The notes beneath the pieces were generated by a model. That model ran no database searches. It had not been told where the DNA came from and saw only the letters and a list, made by a program, of their open reading frames with translations. A DNA stretch of 64,000 nucleotides, from positions 4,278,001 through 4,342,000 of the forward strand of contig OX597836.1 in the NCBI GenBank assembly GCA_951406725.2. The letters run 5' to 3'. This DNA comes from Octopus vulgaris (lineage: Eukaryota). Shown here in pieces: positions 41,714-57,610 of the stretch (position 1 is its first letter; each line of letters begins with the position of its first letter). A program made the position numbers and the translations under genes.

Positions 41714-41984
41714 ATCATCCTCGTCGTCGTCTCGTCATTGCCGAAGTCATTATATTCATTTATCCATCGCAACAAAAGCAACCCCCACGACCACGACCAC
41801 CACCACAACCACCACCACTGCATCCGCATTATCAGCCTTATCGTCGACGTCGTCATCTTTATTCTCGAATTCCGTCCCCACTACATCATCATCATCATCA
41901 TTATCATCGTTGTCGTCGTTCGCTCCTCGTTCTCCACGCCATCATCTTCATAATGATAATAATAATAAAAATAACAAAAACAAC

Positions 41985-42015
<31 letters not shown>

Positions 42016-42038
42016 GTAGCAGTAGTAGAAGTAGTAGT

Positions 42039-42111
<73 letters not shown>

Positions 42112-42118
42112 ATAGTAA
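41395..42118. repeat. (CAT)n, (AAT)n, (AGC)n and (AGT)n trinucleotide mosaic
   Basis: Direct reading. Confidence 0.9.
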
Positions 42119-43452
42119 AATATTATTGAAGCAAATGTAAAATGTCATAGAGAAATGAATGTTTAAGAAAATGTTTTTTGTAGTGTTAGAGAGATCACTT
42201 AAGAAATCGTTTTTGAAGGAAACGTCCTTAGTAGCAGGGAACCGGAAGGAGTTCGCTTCAACGATATCTGTGTTTTGAAATAAGTAAAATAAATAATTCC
42301 TTTCCGCGAATATACTGGATTGATCTTTTCCCGATTTCCCCGGTCAAATGTTGCGTTCAGTGCAGGGATAAATACATAAGTCAACTGAATTGTGACTTTG
42401 AGAGCCAATTACCTATAATCTTCTAAATAGCTCAATATGTATGAGTGTTGTTTGTATCGGTTCTTAAGGGTATTGGCGGTGAATCGTACATAATTTCACT
42501 CGACAGGTATGAGTGTTACTCTGCATATGATCGCTTAAACTGCTTAGGATTATTTTGTAAGAGTATTGCAATACAAACTACACGATACGGCAGGCTTAGC
42601 CTGGCTGTATACTTTAGACTGGACCGTGTGAACTGGGAAGCGATGTACGGAAATTTAAATTATTCACTCTTGCAATATGTGTTTGTATGAGTATGATGTA
42701 AGCCAACGCATTAAGATGCACACAAATGCACATGAAGATACACAAGAAAATGCACAAAATACATGAAGACACATGCACACAAAAATTTACATATTACTTG
42801 AGTATTCTTTTCAAATGTATCGCCTTCTATAGGAAGGAAGTATGGCTTCGTGAAAAGGCAACACATAATGGGGTATCCAGTCAGGCCTGGCCTTTACCAA
42901 GTTTCTGTTAGAATCATCAAGCAAATAAAAGTGATTCGAAAAACGTGTCTACCTTTAGACGTAGATTTCAAAATACATGTTTCTCAAATATGTAAGCCAT
43001 GTCAGATCGAATAAGAAATTAATTCTTTCTCCACATTCCCATCTCTCTGTCTTCACAAAGAGAAACATGTTTATTATTTGTTTATATGTTTACATATATA
43101 CATCAAATTGTTCATGCAATTGTACATGGAAACACGGAGATTTTCGTGTGTCGATGTGCAGATGGATAAATGTAATTTTCGCTCCCTTACTGTCTCCTCA
43201 GCTCTCTCTCCCGATCTCACACTCTATTTTCTACACACACACACACACACACACACATACACACACTCACACACCCGCACACACACACACGCCTATTTTC
43301 AACACACGCCCCTAACCTGTTAGAGAAGAGAATTTTTTAAAGAATATTATTAGAATTACGGAAAAGAATTATATATATATATACAAAATATATATATACA
43401 CATGCATACACACGCACACATATGCATATATATATATACGTATATATATTGT

Positions 43453-43496
<44 letters not shown>

Positions 43497-44154
43497 GTAT
43501 ATATATATTGTATACATGTATATATATATATATAGATATATATACATAAATACACACGCACACACATATGTGTTCGTGTGTGTTAATGTATAGATATCAC
43601 TTTCTCCCTGTGTGCGTGAGAGGTGATGTGTGTGCGTGTGTGTGTGTGTGTGTGCGTGTGTGTGTGTGTGTGTGTGCGTGTGTATGTTAATTCGTTTGAA
43701 ACTTGCACACAACTTCAAACGTGCCATTTTTGCTTGACTACATTATCTCTGTCGCACGTTTGCACGATTTCATTAGAGAGTGTGTATATTTTCTGCAACT
43801 CATAATATTCTATAACTTTTGCTTTTCAATTGACGTTCTCTTTAGAAATGTAAGGCAAGCGAAATATAAGTGTTAAACAGCAGAGCTACGTGAAAAGCAT
43901 TCATTAAATATATTTGCACATGTCTGTGTAAAAATAATTAGTTTTCCGCGTTTTTTTTCTATCATTCCTGTTTGTCAATTGTTATCGTATGAGATGACGT
44001 GTTGGGATAAACGTGCTTCTCAATTTGGAATTACTTACATTTATATTAATTTTTACTTGTATTAATATGTGCCAAAGAATTGTTGTTACGTATTTTATGA
44101 GAATTGAAGAAACGGATGAGATAATGATTGGCAATATTTATACAGATTCCTAGG

Positions 44155-44680
44155 ATAACGAACGGGGAGAATTGTTAGAACGCATCGTAAAATGCTGAGC
44201 GACTTTTCTTCCGAATTTACGTTCCGAGTTCAAATTCTGCCGAGTTTGACTTACCTGTCAGCGTCTCAGGGTCGATGAAATAAGTATTAGTTAATCAGGG
44301 TGACTAATGATAACTTATCCTTTCCTGATATTGATCACTTTATATCAAACTTTAAAATTAATATTATTCAGATTGAAGGAGGGAAGCTGGCAGAATTGTT
44401 TGCAATCCGAGGAGAATGCTTAGCGGCATTTCAACCGTCTTTATGATCGGAGTTCAAATTCTGCTGAAGTCGACTTTGATTTTCATCCTTTTGTCATCGA
44501 TATAATTAAATACGACTTGAACTCTGAGGGTCAATCTAACTGATTTATCCATTCACTCAAAATTGCTGGCCTGGTACCAAAATTTGAAATCAATATTTGA
44601 ACTCAGAACATGAAGCCGTAAAACGTGCCGTTAAGCTATTGTTCCTGCGTGCTAATGTTCTGGTAGTTCCTGCCTTATCC
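44155..44680 (+). mobile_element. Cluster of family A SINEs: two tandem plus copies and a partial minus copy
   Basis: gagttcaaattctgc near 44226 and 44451; tttgaactcagaac...tgctaatgttctgg at 44596-44665. Confidence 0.7.
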
Positions 44681-45083
44681 GTTGTACAAATAATATCCTC
44701 TTTTCTACCAGGTTGGTGGCAAGTATTTAAAATAGGCGTTAACAAGACGTTAGATTTATGATCATCGAAAGTCACGCGGTCCAAAACTTTTTATCTGTGT
44801 CTCATCATGCACATTAATCGAAGATTAAGATGCAATTTTTATTGACAGATGACTAGACCCTTGATTAATCAAGTATTAAAACATGCCTGTTCCTTAAGAA
44901 CCTAAACACCTGTTGTGTCTCGTCGACACTATTATGTCCTTCTTAGAACACACTGTATATGTCTCTTTATAACGTGGACTTAAAACAATACAATACAAAT
45001 ATATTGTATTAAAACAATACAAATATGAATCAGAATCAATAAGCAGAAACAATAAGTAATAGACGGTATGTCTTCTCAACGAA

Positions 45084-45305
45084 GGCGTTGAGCTGCTAGT
45101 ATCGTTAGCACGCTGGGCGAAATGCTTAGCGTTGTTTCGTCTGTCGTTACGTTCTGAGTACAAATTCCGCCGAAGTCGAGTTTGCATTTCATCCTTTCGG
45201 TATCGATAAATTAAGTACCAATTACGCACTGGGGTAATCCGTTTGTCTGTCCTTGTTTGTCCCCTCTGTGTTTAGCCCCTTGTGAGTAGTAAAGAAACAG
45301 GTATT
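45084..45305 (+). mobile_element. SINE family A with gtcccctctgtgtttagccccttgtg tail
   Basis: Matches 62526-62752. Confidence 0.9.
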
Positions 45306-45624
45306 CTGATTGTAATGGCTTCGAAAGAGAGGATGGTAACTGGGATGAAGACAGTTGGCTGCGCAAGTGGTATCGATGGAGATGGTGACAGAGAGACGAT
45401 AAGAGCGGTTATGCTGGCTCTGAAGATGGTAAAGATGGGTGGACGGGTGGCAACGCTTGTCAAGATGACTGTGGCGATTTTCTTCTTGGATGTGATGTTG
45501 ATGCTGATGCCGAAGACTTTGGGGAAGACAATTTTGTATACTAACAATACAACAATGCTAAAATTGTTCTTCAAAATTTACTCTTAAAACACACTTTAAA
45601 TATTAATGCTCTTCCTCCTTTTAA

Positions 45625-46525
<901 letters not shown>

Positions 46526-47005
46526 CAAGTGTCTCATAAATTATGAATTAAAGAAATATGATTAATCAGGCACTTATAACAGCGTTCTCGCCTATGCATC
46601 GCAACATACGCACGCACATACACATAGACACAAACACACATACACATACACAACAGTGTTTGGATATACACTACGTATATATATATGTGTGTGTGTCTGT
46701 GTGTCTGTGCATGTGTGTATATGTGTGCATATATGTCCATGTATATATATATATATATAATATATATTTATATATACACATATATATATGTATGGATGTA
46801 TGTTTGTATGTATGTATATATATATATGTGTGTGTGTGTCTGTGTTTATATAAATGTATGCATACACAATATATAAATATATATTGATGTGCACATATCC
46901 ATATACATATATATATATATATATATGCATATATACATACATATATAAATATATATATGTATATATATATGCTTACGTATCATATTCTATTGATTTGTAT
47001 AAATG

Positions 47006-47076
<71 letters not shown>

Positions 47077-47077
47077 T

Positions 47078-47122
<45 letters not shown>

Positions 47123-47498
47123 ATTCTTGTGTGTATATGTATGTCTCTATGCGTGATTGTGTATGCGTGAGTGTGTGTGTGTGTGTGTGTGTGTGTTTCT
47201 ATCCCTTAACAATAGAACATGATGTTGTCGGAATTCGAGAATAATCATTGTTTTTCAAGTCATACATTATAAATTAAAAAAAAGAAAGAAATCTCACACT
47301 AAATGACAGATGCAATAGAAATCAATATCTTCACGTTAAACTAAACATATTTCAGAGGCCGTACATTGATTTATTTTCTACAAGTCATTCCGTGGAAACT
47401 CAGTTTAATATATTTATAAATTATCAGCTTGAAATTAAAATATTCACCATTATTATAATCCTTTCCCATTAACATTTTTCAAAAAATAAGCTTGCATC

Positions 47499-47594
<96 letters not shown>

Positions 47595-48337
47595 GTCTAT
47601 CTATCTATCTATTTATCTAACTATCTTCCTCTCTCTCTCTGTGTTTCTCTCTCTCTCTCTATCTAACTATCTGCCTCTTTCTCTGTGTGTGTGTGAGTGT
47701 ATATATATATGTGTGTGTGTGTATATACATGCATATATATATATATGTAAATACATCTATATATCTATATATAGATATATGTATACACATACAAGCACAC
47801 ATAAATATAAATATACATACACAAACACACATAAATATACATATATGTGTGTGTGTGTGTATGTGTGTGTGTATGTATACACATACACGCACACATATAC
47901 TAGTTAATAACACGTTTAGTATACACATAAACATGTTCACACATGTATCGCATATTTATATGCATATTCATATGCATATACAGCTACATATTTACACTCA
48001 TTTACACACAGAAAAACACCCAAACACACAAATACACAGACACACATACACACAGAATGTAAAAATTATGTAAGTTCTAATAGAATATGACACAGAAGGT
48101 GCAATCATTAGGTGATAGAGTACTTACTGTTTACTTGGAACTAAATGAAAATTTACGTACATTACATAAATAAGGCCATAGTCTGCTTAATATTTTTCTC
48201 GTAACTTCCACCGCATACTGGTCAATTATATACCAAACCTGACACTTTCTTACATAATATATGCATAAATGCGTGCGTATATATGTATCTATATATGTAT
48301 GTATGTATGCATGTATGTGTGTATGTATGTATGTATG

Positions 48338-48391
<54 letters not shown>

Positions 48392-48429
48392 TAGATAGAT
48401 TGATAGATAAATAGATAGATAGATAGATG

Positions 48430-48478
<49 letters not shown>

Positions 48479-48510
48479 ATAGATAGATGAATAGATGGAT
48501 AGATAGATAA

Positions 48511-48592
<82 letters not shown>

Positions 48593-48602
48593 CGATATGT
48601 AT

Positions 48603-48800
48603 AGGGTTGCCGCATAATTATTGCGGCTTTTTTTCAACAAATTTTATTCAACACAAACAATAACAATATCTAACAAAGACATCTTTAACTGATGGTCTGA
48701 CGGTCTACCAAGCAAATGGGAAGCAGTAATTGAAGGGGATGGTGATTCTGCTCCGGAATAATCATTTAAAGTTGTTTTTGTTACATGTTATTTTGATACA
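48603..48800 (+). mobile_element. Mariner-derived non-autonomous fragment
   Basis: TA-gggttgccgcataattattgcgg TIR-like start; GLPSKWEAVIEGDGD..E* resembles the mariner C-terminal L..RW..V....G.Y motif. Confidence 0.6.
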
Positions 48801-49020
48801 TATACTGTTTTTTTTGTTGGATTAAGGATTAGAGACAAACACTTTCCTCTCCGGCCAATCGCTTATCAACTTTTTCAAGGTGAGAATGGAGAGGCAAATT
48901 TATTCTCATGAAAATTTCAATGAAAAGTTGGGGGAATGTAGCAAAGATGTTGGGTGCGAGTGTCGAAACCACTTTGAGCATGATCCTAGAGAGAGAGAGC
49001 ACTTTGCTATCTGTCTGTCG

Positions 49021-49083
<63 letters not shown>

Positions 49084-49085
49084 CA

Positions 49086-49124
<39 letters not shown>

Positions 49125-49936
49125 GTCTGTTTGTTTGTCTGAGGGTAAAAATGGCGTCTATTAACAAAACTGGTCATTGTTTCTTTACTTATGGGAAGAT
49201 CAGGTTTATTTCTGCACAATAAAGCCCTACGGGTGTTATCAACATATCTGGGTTTGAACGAATAAATACTCTCCTTGCGAAAAAACTTGGGCTGCTCAAT
49301 AATTTGACAGGCAGTGTATGTGTATGCATATCCACACATATCTCTGTATATTTGAGAATGTGAGTCGGCAGTTATATATCAAACCTACGTGTATTTTATT
49401 CAGATATATTCTAAATTTACCAGGGAAAATAGTAAATTGTCTAACTGCTTTTGCAATACGTTATTCTTCTCGCATATTATAGATTAATATAAACATGCTT
49501 CCAAATTTATATGTAAGCTGTCTATTTTTTTCTTCTGTCGTCCACAATTTGTATGTTATTTTCGTAGCCGCCATTTCTCATCTAATAACCTTGCAATTTC
49601 ATTTCTATAATGGAGCAACGAATTCTCTTTCACTTTAAAAAGTCTACTTTAATCCTAAACTAATTGAAAAGTCTCGACGATGCTTCCGCTGCTATGAGAA
49701 ATAGAGATGGAAAATATCATGTTTTAGTGGATGTTAATTAACTCGTTAATGTGGAAAGAACGAGAGACGAAGTAGAAAGAGACAGCCAGATAGAGAGAAA
49801 GAGAGTAGAGAGACATAGATGTTGGCTGATCGCTTAATTGGAATGCTGCAATTTTCGTTAATCCTCATTTGTGATGCTTAAATACCAAGTTAGTTATATA
49901 TGTGCGTGTAGGTGTGGTTGCGTGTGTCTGTGTATG

Positions 49937-49978
<42 letters not shown>

Positions 49979-50267
49979 AGCATTCATTTAAATAAAGGTA
50001 AATTATGTATATGTATATGCGTATATGAATAAATATATTTATAACTATATATATATATATATACACATATGCATTGCATATATATACATATACAAAGTAT
50101 ATACATATATATATATATATATACATGCATATACATAGATTGATACACATACACACACTCATGCAACCATTATATACAGAGAAAGATAGAAAAAGAGAGA
50201 GAGAGAAAGATCGAGAGAGCTAAAGAGACAGTGTTGAGATGATATCACTCTCTCTCTCTCCTCCCCA

Positions 50268-50298
<31 letters not shown>

Positions 50299-50744
50299 CA
50301 TACATGCATACATACACCCATACATAATGCTATACCCATGCTTGCATACTCTTACGGACACCTACAGACATATACATACATATATACATATATATACATA
50401 CATCTATTCCTGTCTTTATATCTAATTGTACATATATCAACTTAGATTATTCCCATAAAATATTTATATCCTTGGAAATACAGCAATTTCGATGTTTCCA
50501 AACATTTTATTGATATGAATATATTCATAAAACTGTATTTAATTACGCTATATCGAATGCAATTTATTAAAATAATAAGTTGATTCTTGCTTGATTTCAA
50601 AATGATACATAAATAATTATAAAACGAAATAATAAAACACTGATAATGAATCTTCTTGCGTCTTGTTATGTATTCTTCTTTAATTTGGTGTAAAGTCATT
50701 TGTCCAATAGTGTTACATAACTAAACGTATTGGCCGTTTAAGCA

Positions 50745-51740
50745 ATGAGTTCCTTGTTGTTTAATGGGTGGGATGTGTTACAGACGAAGGAGCAACCTCT
50801 CCTGATTATTGCATTGATACCCATTATCAACTTGTTTGTCTTCGATTGTATTGCGTATATAAATGTATTTGTATGCAAAATGGAATGTCGATAGCAGCCT
50901 GTGAGGATGGTGCTGTTGGACAGGTAGCGACAGGTACGACAGCGTGGACTGGAGTAGGGGAACGATCCAGGCTGGGAGGTCGGATTAGGGAAGAAAATGT
51001 GGACCAAGAGGTCGCGTAGGTTATGGGCTCGTTTGAAGGAGGGAAGCTTATATAAATGTATTCGTATGCAAAATGAAATATCGATAGCAGCTTGTGAGGA
51101 TGGTGCTGTTGGACAGGTAGCCACAGGTACGACAACGTGGACTGGAGTAGGGGAACGATCCAGGCTGGGAGGTCGGATTAGGGAAGAAAATGTGGACCAA
51201 GAGGTCGCGTAGGTTGTGGGCTCGTTTGAAGGAGGGAAGCGGTAGGTTGCAGATGTGCGAGGTGGTGAGATTGGACTGGAGTCGTAAGAAGGCTCGGTGA
51301 ATGGTGTGTTGGAGAAGCAGGGTGGAGTGGTGGTAGGTGAGGGGTAACGGGAGACGGGCAACATTCTATAGATTTCCAGAGATAACATAGAAGTGATTAA
51401 GTAGCACCGTTAACACAAAGAAGGAGCTCACAGTATGGACATATAAACCCTCAATATAGTCAGTAGAGTAGTTTTGATGGGAAACGAAATACGGTGCCCC
51501 TCCTACCAGTTAATATGGACGTATGGTTTGCAAGGAATGTGTTTAATATTTAAATCAGGATATCAAATAGTGTTACACCGATAAACCTGGTGGCTATTTA
51601 AGCAATATGTTCCTAGATGTTTAATGGGATGCATATGTTACTGAAGAGGGAGCAATGACGCCTGAAATATGTATATACCCCCATTAGATATTCTTTCAAT
51701 ATGCTATCGCATTGTTTACATAGACGTATTCGTATACGTA
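50745..51740 (-). mobile_element. Penelope-like element fragment between diverged direct repeats (pLTR-like)
   Basis: Minus strand LPLTYH...SFKRAHNLRDLLVH...GSFPYSSPRCRTC resembles the PLE linker upstream of GIY-YIG; direct repeats at about 50748-50880 and 51608-51740. Confidence 0.8.
50856..51240. repeat. Tandem duplication, period 193 bp, within the Penelope fragment
   Basis: tatataaatgtatt...gaaggagggaagc at 50856-51047 and 51049-51240. Confidence 0.92.
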
Positions 51741-52239
51741 ACGTAACTTTCAGTGTTGGCTTTAAATTCTGTATAAAATCTATAAAACAACTTAAAAGTC
51801 ATTAAAGCGTACTGTAAACTGAAGAGGCAGGAAACGGAAGTATTGACTTATAAACAGTAGGGGTACTTAGTATACCAGAAATTAACATCTTTATTCGCTA
51901 TAATTTGCATGTTGACTCCCAGTAAACGTTTTGCATAAAAGAAAATGATGTCCGTTGAGAACTGAATGCAAATAGTATCGCTTATTTTCACTTGATAGCT
52001 TTGCACTTCCGATATATGTGCCTAATATGCTATTTTAATCAATTAATTTTATTAATTATTACCAAGCACATATTAGCTGTTTATTTTATTGTGTATCAAT
52101 TGATGTTCTTCATTTTATAATTTATCATTTATTTGTTTGGAAAATAATCATTACTGGTGGGGTTAGAAAGTGTACGAAATATATTACCATTGAGTTCCCA
52201 GAGTAACTACGTAAAAGAATTTAATATTCTTCATGTATA

Positions 52240-52500
52240 AGACGGCGAGCTGGCAGAATCGTTAGCATGCCGGACGACGTGCTGAAGACATTTCGTCCGC
52301 CATTACGTTGAGAGTTCAAATACCACCGAGGTCCACTTGGCTTTTCATGCTTACAAGTCAGTGAAATATGTATTAGTTGAATACTTAACGCGGTGGATTA
52401 GACTTACCTCCTGGGAACCTGCTGGCTTTGTGCCAATATTTGAAATCAATCTTTCTCATGCGTAAGAGGGCGAGGTGGCAGACTCGTTAGCACGCCGGAC
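52240..52500 (+). mobile_element. SINE family A, diverged, plus a second head
   Basis: gacggcgagctggcagaatcgttagcatgccggac; head repeated at about 52468. Confidence 0.75.
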
Positions 52501-52947
52501 ATGCCGAACACGGCGGGAACGCTGAAAGCCCCACCCCCAGACCGTCGTTTCATAAGAAGAACTTATTTCAATTACTAATTGAAATGATATTTATTAACAA
52601 TAGATATAGAAAGAAATAGTTGATGGTTTATTATACCATATTGTTTAAACTTCTGTTTCCACATCGTCAAACATTTTCTAAATTAATCATGTTAATATTA
52701 CCTATTGGTCACAAATGTCACTAAGTTTTTAATGAAAATAGAGTGAAATTACTTCATGAACTATCCATTGTTCAGAACCAATAGTTAAAATTAATAATAA
52801 GAATCCCATTTATAAACACGCGGTACTTTCGTCCTCTCTATCATAATGTAGATACTCTACTGCTTTTGAATTTAGTGGTAATAATTTCTGTTGCACTCAA
52901 ATATATGTTCTTGTTAATGCATACTCATATCGATTGTATAGAGAAAC

Positions 52948-52982
<35 letters not shown>

Positions 52983-52993
52983 ATGTGTGTGTG

Positions 52994-53293
52994 TGGAGGC
53001 GCAATGGCCCACTGGTTAGGGCAGCGGACTCGCAGTCGTAGGATCGCGGTTTCGATTCCCAGCCCGGGCATTGTGAGTGTTTATTGAGCGAAAACACCTT
53101 AAAGCTCCACGAGGCTCCGGCAGGGGGTGGTGATCCCTGCTGTACTCTTTGACCACTCTTTCTCTCACTCTTTCTTCTGTTGGCCTGCTCGCTTAGCCAG
53201 CGGGGTGACGTCATTCGAAGGCTAAAACAATGCGAAGTACATTGTGACGAGTGATGTGTAACAACATCTGATGGTCTGGTTGGTCACGTAATT

Positions 53294-53299
<6 letters not shown>
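52994..53299 (+). mobile_element. SINE family C, full length
   Basis: Very similar to 15785-16075; flanked by (TG)n and (TA)n. Confidence 0.92.
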
Positions 53300-53334
<35 letters not shown>

Positions 53335-54350
53335 CAAAATCAGAATTACAGAAGATGCAATCTCATCTGAATATACTTACATAAATAAAATATCTCGCTG
53401 AAATTTCAGATGGAACGATTGCCTAATAGAACATGCATTATAGACCACCTTGCAGTTACAGTTAGTGAATGTCGAAAGGTTTCTGAGCTGAGGCCACTGT
53501 CATATCCCGTAGGGCCCTGAAGTGTAGTTAAATCGTTAATAACATGATATTCCAGCACATGACACACCTTGCATATCCTTAGTTGTCTCTTCTTGACAAC
53601 TAAAACAACCAGAGTGTGAAAACATCTGAAGCTGGATAGTTTATCCTCTGTTCCTTGAAGGGGATTTACAGCGTTTATGAAAAAGAAAGTTCTGAATAAG
53701 GTTTCCAGTTTTAACTAGGTCTGCAGTCATGATCAGTTCGTATCCCTGAATATTTGTTTGTTTAAACACAGCAATTTCTAAAATGTTAAGCAACAGACAG
53801 GTTTGGGATATAAAGGTAGAATTGATTCACTACGTAGGATGGTTGATGTCTAATCTACGAAACGATGAGCGACACGCTGTAAATAGGGCATCGTTATTGA
53901 AGACAGATCCAGATGAATAAAAGCGGTGAAGGCAACGTTTAAAGCAAATTAAAGTGGAGTGTACCTGTGTGATCGTTACTGAAAATTATTTATAAACAAC
54001 AAATGCACCCAAAGAGACACATACACAGGCACACACACGCACACACACACACACACACACACCAGAAATGGCGTCATGAAATCATGGAAACTAACATAAA
54101 AAACAAAGAGGGTTTGAACGAAGGAAATGTGGAAATAGAGAATGAACCAAAGGAAAGAGAACTGGAAATCAATATTTAAGAAGAAATATATATAAAGGAA
54201 AATAAAAACAAATTCTAATGATTGAAAAATGAAAAAAAAAAATAAAGTTTAAAAAGATTAATAACAATAATATATGAAAAAAGGAATAATAGGAAGTTGC
54301 ACACAGGTTTATATATATATGTAAATATATGTATGTATATGTATGTATGA

Positions 54351-54416
<66 letters not shown>

Positions 54417-54424
54417 GTATGTAT

Positions 54425-54455
<31 letters not shown>

Positions 54456-54619
54456 CATACATATATATATATATATATGTATGTGTATATGTATGTACGT
54501 ATATATGTGTACGTGTGTGTGACTGTGTCTCCAAAAAGTAAGTAATTCGTGATAAAAAATTTAAAAGTATTGTCATATCAGAGCAATAACAATAACAATA
54601 ATTCTTGTTATAAGGGAAT

Positions 54620-54880
54620 TGATGATGATGATGATGATGATGACGTCGACGACAACGATGATAATGGTGTTGATGATGGTGATGAGGTTGATGATGATGA
54701 TGATGATTATAGCGATAATTCTAATGATTATGGGGACGATAATGATGAAAATGGCGACGGTGCCAGCGATGTGGACGACGACGACGACAATAATGGTGAT
54801 AATGATAATGTTCATGATGATAATGATGATACTTGCCTTGATAATTCTGCTGCTGCTGCTACAGGTGATGATACTGTTGA
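54620..54880. repeat. Decayed (GAT)n array
   Basis: Direct reading. Confidence 0.85.
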
Positions 54881-55231
54881 CCTCTGCGGTCACGTTAAAA
54901 GAGAATGGGGGGAAACAAATTAGCAAATGGCATATTAGAATTTCAGTTAACTTATTATCATAATTTTCTAGGCAAAAGTTAATTAATCACCTCCAGCAAG
55001 CATGAAAGCTGTGAGATTAGATACGACACACACGAGAAAACTAATTACAAAATAAATAAATAAAAAGGTAAAGGAAAAATAGCAAGAAAAGCTACGTGAA
55101 GATAGCACAAAAGTAGCAAAAAATGTCTTTAATAAAGAAGTAAAGAAAGATAACATAAAGGGAGATAATAAATATAAGAAGAAAACGAATTAACGCCAAA
55201 GCATGAGACGTGAAGATTCACACAGGAAGAG

Positions 55232-55570
55232 TATTTATAATGACACACAGCTTACTTCAGTTAACATACATAAAATACATACATACATACATGTATGTAT
55301 GTATGTATTGTATGTATGTATGTTAACTGAAGTAAACTGTGTGTCATTATAAATATATATATGTACATATAAATATATACATGTATATATATTTGTATCT
55401 GTATGTATAGATATACATATATATAAACACACGTACAGACACACACATACATATACACATGTTTGTATGTATGTGTGTGTCTGTACGTGTGTTTATATAT
55501 ATGTATATTTATACATACAGATACAAATATATATACATGTATATATTTATATGTACATATGTATATATAT
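55232..55570. repeat. Two back-to-back spacerless palindromes
   Basis: First: ttataatgacacacagcttacttcagttaac / gttaactgaagtaaactgtgtgtcattataa centred at acatgt near 55291; second: aaacacacgtacagacacacac / gtgtgtgtctgtacgtgtgttt centred at acatgt near 55459. Confidence 0.88.
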
Positions 55571-55800
55571 ATAAATATATATATGCATATATATGTATAC
55601 ATACACGCACACACACACACATATATGTATGTATACGTATGCATATATATATATACATATGTATGTATATATATGACTATATATACATATATTCATGTAT
55701 GTATATATGTATCTCTGTACGTATGTATATTAATATATACATGCATATGTACGCATATATATATGTATATCTTTATATATATATCTTTATATATATATAA

Positions 55801-55836
<36 letters not shown>

Positions 55837-55894
55837 ATAAAACGGTAAGATAACAAAAGAAAGAAAGAGACCTCAATATTATGTAAATAGAGGA

Positions 55895-55959
<65 letters not shown>

Positions 55960-56246
55960 CATACATGCATATATATATACACGAAAGATGACCCGAAGGC
56001 AAGAACTATGGTAGCATTCACCACGCAAACACGGAGACCGCCCAAAAGAGATGCAGGGGATTCCAAAGCCAACGGGGGTTCGCGGTTGAGGCAAATGGAG
56101 ATTATACTGAATGAAATTATCCTTTAGTATTTCAAGATATTTTTATGCAATTTTGGTTCATATATTTGTTAAAATGAGCAGTCGATGATTTCATTTTTGC
56201 GTAATTTTAGATGATAATTTATTCAACGCACCCTTTGCATCTATAC

Positions 56247-56348
<102 letters not shown>

Positions 56349-56363
56349 GTCTGTCTGTCTGAT

Positions 56364-56409
<46 letters not shown>

Positions 56410-56420
56410 CCTATCTATCA

Positions 56421-56454
<34 letters not shown>

Positions 56455-56473
56455 ATATATATATATCTATCTA

Positions 56474-56559
<86 letters not shown>

Positions 56560-56660
56560 AGAATGGCTGTCTATCTATATATTTATCTCTCATACACACT
56601 CTCCCTCACTATATACATAATTATGCGTGTCTATATCTATCTCTTTCAATATGTAATTAT

Positions 56661-56701
<41 letters not shown>

Positions 56702-57206
56702 AAGAAATGTAGTAGGCGTGTGAAATTATCGAAATACTATCAAATATTTCAAAGAAATGGGATAACGAGTAGTAATATAGAATTTCAAATCAGAGTCACA
56801 TTTACACATACATACAAAAACACACACATACAGGCACACTGACACATACGTACAAACACAAATACACACACACACATAGGCATATATATTTCTCTTTGTG
56901 TATATGTCCACACTTAGATAGTAAGAGATATACAAATACACGCGGAAGTACACATGGGGTTGTACTTTTCTGTGATGGAATAAACTAGAAAATATATTGG
57001 AAAAATCTTCATGAAATATATTATATTCCGGAAACACTAAGATATGTGTGTGTGTGTGTGTATGTGTGTGTGTGTGTGTGTGTTTGTGTTTGTATACACA
57101 CAAAGAATTATTAGTTCATATTATAACCGTAACAATAACTTCGCTAATAACAACAAAAGCTGCTGATGGAATAACACTGAAAAGAAACTTAAATTGCACT
57201 AAGATA

Positions 57207-57422
57207 TATTTCTTTATTGCCCACAAGGGGCTAAACATAGAGGGGACAGACAAAGGAATTAAGTCAATTACATAGACTCCAGTGCGTAACTGGTACTTAA
57301 TTTATCGACCCCGAAAGGATGAAATGCAAAGTCAACCTCGGCAGAGTGTGAACTCACAACGTAACGGCAGATGTAATGCGGCTACGCATTTCGCCCGGCG
57401 TGCTAACGTTTCTGCCAACTCG
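57207..57422 (-). mobile_element. SINE family A
   Basis: cacaaggggctaaac...ttatcgaccccgaaaggatgaaa...gcccggcgtgctaacgtttctgcc. Confidence 0.9.
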
Positions 57423-57610
57423 TACTAAGATATCAACAAGAATGGCGTTATCTTATGTTGATGATGTTGATGGTGATGATGGTGATGATGATGACGATAA
57501 TGATGATGATGATGATGATGACGGTGATGATGATGATGATGATGATGACGGTGATGACTATTGTAGCGGTGGGCGGTAGGGTGAGAAGATGAAAAGTTAG
57601 CTTTGAAGTG

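Noticed and set aside
38407-42140. Poly-His, poly-Ser, poly-Asp and SSGSSGNSN ORFs
   Set aside because: Trinucleotide and 27-bp repeats open in several frames on both strands; no domain or supported exon structure
45272-45587. ~100 aa ORFs on both strands
   Set aside because: Begin in a SINE tail and continue through decayed GAT/GGT repeat; no recognisable domain
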